Position numbers and translations under genes: made by a program | Part shown: one piece after another, positions 62,862-64,000 of the stretch | Numbering within the stretch: the stretch's first letter is position 1 | Layout of the letters: every line of letters starts with the position of its first letter | The notes under the pieces: generated by a model | The model's database searches: none | Told to the model about the DNA's origin: nothing | Seen by the model: the letters and a program-made list of their open reading frames with translations, nothing else | Source of the DNA: an uncultured cyanobacterium | GTDB taxonomy: Bacteria > Cyanobacteriota > Cyanobacteriia > PCC-9006 > JAAUQQ01 | Assembly: GCA_963718615.1 (NCBI GenBank) | Contig: OY970368.1 | Span: forward strand, 64,001 to 128,000 | Length of the DNA stretch: 64,000 nucleotides | Reading direction: 5' to 3'

Positions 62862-63611
62862 ATGAAATTTAGAGGGAGTCCAAGAGCTGTGTCCCGTTCT
62901 CTCACCTATGCATTTGCGTTACTCACCCTTGGCTTGGGAGGATTGATGGGCGGTTGTGAAATTCGCCAGGTGCCACTCACAACCTTGTCGCTTGAGGTTA
63001 AGCCCAGCAGTCAAGCCGGAAGCTATCGCCTCTCCGGACGCAGCAATCTGCCCGATGGCACATCACTAACGGTTCAGGGGCTGCGTCAGCTGGGAGCCAC
63101 TAGCGCCCAACAGACACCGGATCAGCCGGAACATTATGCGATTTTGGACCGCAAAGTCGTTGTGGTGAATCAGGGCCAGTGGGAAACAACGCTGCAACTC
63201 TGGCAGGCGGGACCGGCGGGAAACCCTGCGGAAACTTGGCAAATTCGGGTACCTGGGGGCGATCGCAGGTTTCAACCCGACCGCGAGGTCATTTTTACAG
63301 CGAAGACTCCACCCTCCCGCGATGACAAAATCCTGGAGCGTCAGTGGGAGGCCAGTAAGCAAAATCCAGCCGGGGAACAGGTGGAATTTTTGGAAGGTGG
63401 GCAGTGGTCTCTCCAGGTAGAGCAGCGGCTGACGGTAACCCCGCCCCCGGTCAGTCAACAGGACGCAAAGGCAGGCGTGGAGGCGATCGCCCTCCACCGT
63501 CCCCCAGCAACGGAAACCACCGCGACACCACCGGACACCCAGATTTCAGCCCCGCCCCTCGACCCTCCTGTGAGCACAGCGCCCCCCAATCCCGAGGAGC
63601 AATTGCGGTGA
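62862..63611 (+). CDS. Hypothetical lipoprotein divergent from the bcs operon
   Basis: Hydrophobic stretch ending LMGGC; GRSNLPDG beta-rich domain; Pro-rich tail. Confidence 0.72.
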   Translation: MKFRGSPRAVSRSLTYAFALLTLGLGGLMGGCEIRQVPLTTLSLEVKPSSQAGSYRLSGRSNLPDGTSLTVQGLRQLGATSAQQTPDQPEHYAILDRKVVVVNQGQWETTLQLWQAGPAGNPAETWQIRVPGGDRRFQPDREVIFTAKTPPSRDDKILERQWEASKQNPAGEQVEFLEGGQWSLQVEQRLTVTPPPVSQQDAKAGVEAIALHRPPATETTATPPDTQISAPPLDPPVSTAPPNPEEQLR

Positions 63612-63668
63612 GGACGGAACTGTGGCAGAGACAGAGGGCAGGACTGGGGACCAAAGCCTCTAGCCCCT

Positions 63669-64000
63669 CTAGCGTTGGCGCAACTCCAGCGTGGTCGCTC
63701 GACTGGATTGATTATTGAGCCTCGCCGTCAGCTCGATCCGGTAGCGGGTGTCTCGCTGCAAGATTGTGGGACGGGGCACTTGCAACTCAAAACGGCCATT
63801 GGTATCAGCGGTAACCTCCGTATTGAGCAATTCATCTCCGCCAATTTGAAAAACGCCAAAGACTGAGGTGATCGCCGTTACCCGCGCCTGAACCGTCGCA
63901 TTGGGGCTGGTTTCGCCCACTAGGGTAAAGCCTTCGGTTTGGATGCGATCGCCACTGCGATGACTGGTCACCACGGGCGCGAGCGGTGCTGTTCCTGCGG
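63669..64000 (-). CDS. 3' end of a gene extending beyond the window; Ig-like beta-sandwich C-terminus
   Basis: Frame is open to the window edge; GETSPNATV...ADTNGRF pattern resembles bacterial Ig-like domains. Confidence 0.6.
   Translation of the reverse strand, partial: AGTAPLAPVVTSHRSGDRIQTEGFTLVGETSPNATVQARVTAITSVFGVFQIGGDELLNTEVTADTNGRFELQVPRPTILQRDTRYRIELTARLNNQSSRATTLELRQR

Overview
A 64-kb chromosomal segment from a phycobilisome-containing cyanobacterium (very dense HIP1 GCGATCGC octamers; apc and atp operons). In order it holds: (1) a purine salvage/catabolism cluster (guaD, an SLH/OprB-type porin, an NCS2 xanthine/urate permease, hpxO, uraH, uraD), with a well-spaced NtcA-type promoter in front of the porin; (2) a putative sulfur/redox module (cNMP-AAA+-4Fe4S membrane protein, cysK, nitronate monooxygenase, ICMT-family methyltransferase, DUF2214); (3) the atp1-a-c-b'-b-delta-alpha-gamma operon; (4) apcE-apcABC, where ApcE is short with only two REP domains; (5) housekeeping genes (ftsW, ccdA, ccs1, queF, glnB with two NtcA boxes, miaB, argD, tldD/pmbA, nblB, pgsA); (6) a cellulose synthase operon transcribed porin > TPR protein > GH8 > bcsB > bcsA. 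In that operon the BcsC role appears split between a stand-alone TPR protein and a carbohydrate-porin-like beta-barrel with a long Pro/Tyr/Asn/Met repeat region. Other notable signals are an orphan terminator with an anti-SD motif upstream of argD (candidate sRNA), a DEDDh exonuclease with an SSB-like acidic tail, and pervasive short tandem microduplications. No rRNA, tRNA, CRISPR array or transposase was seen. All calls come from motif recognition by eye; no database searches were run.
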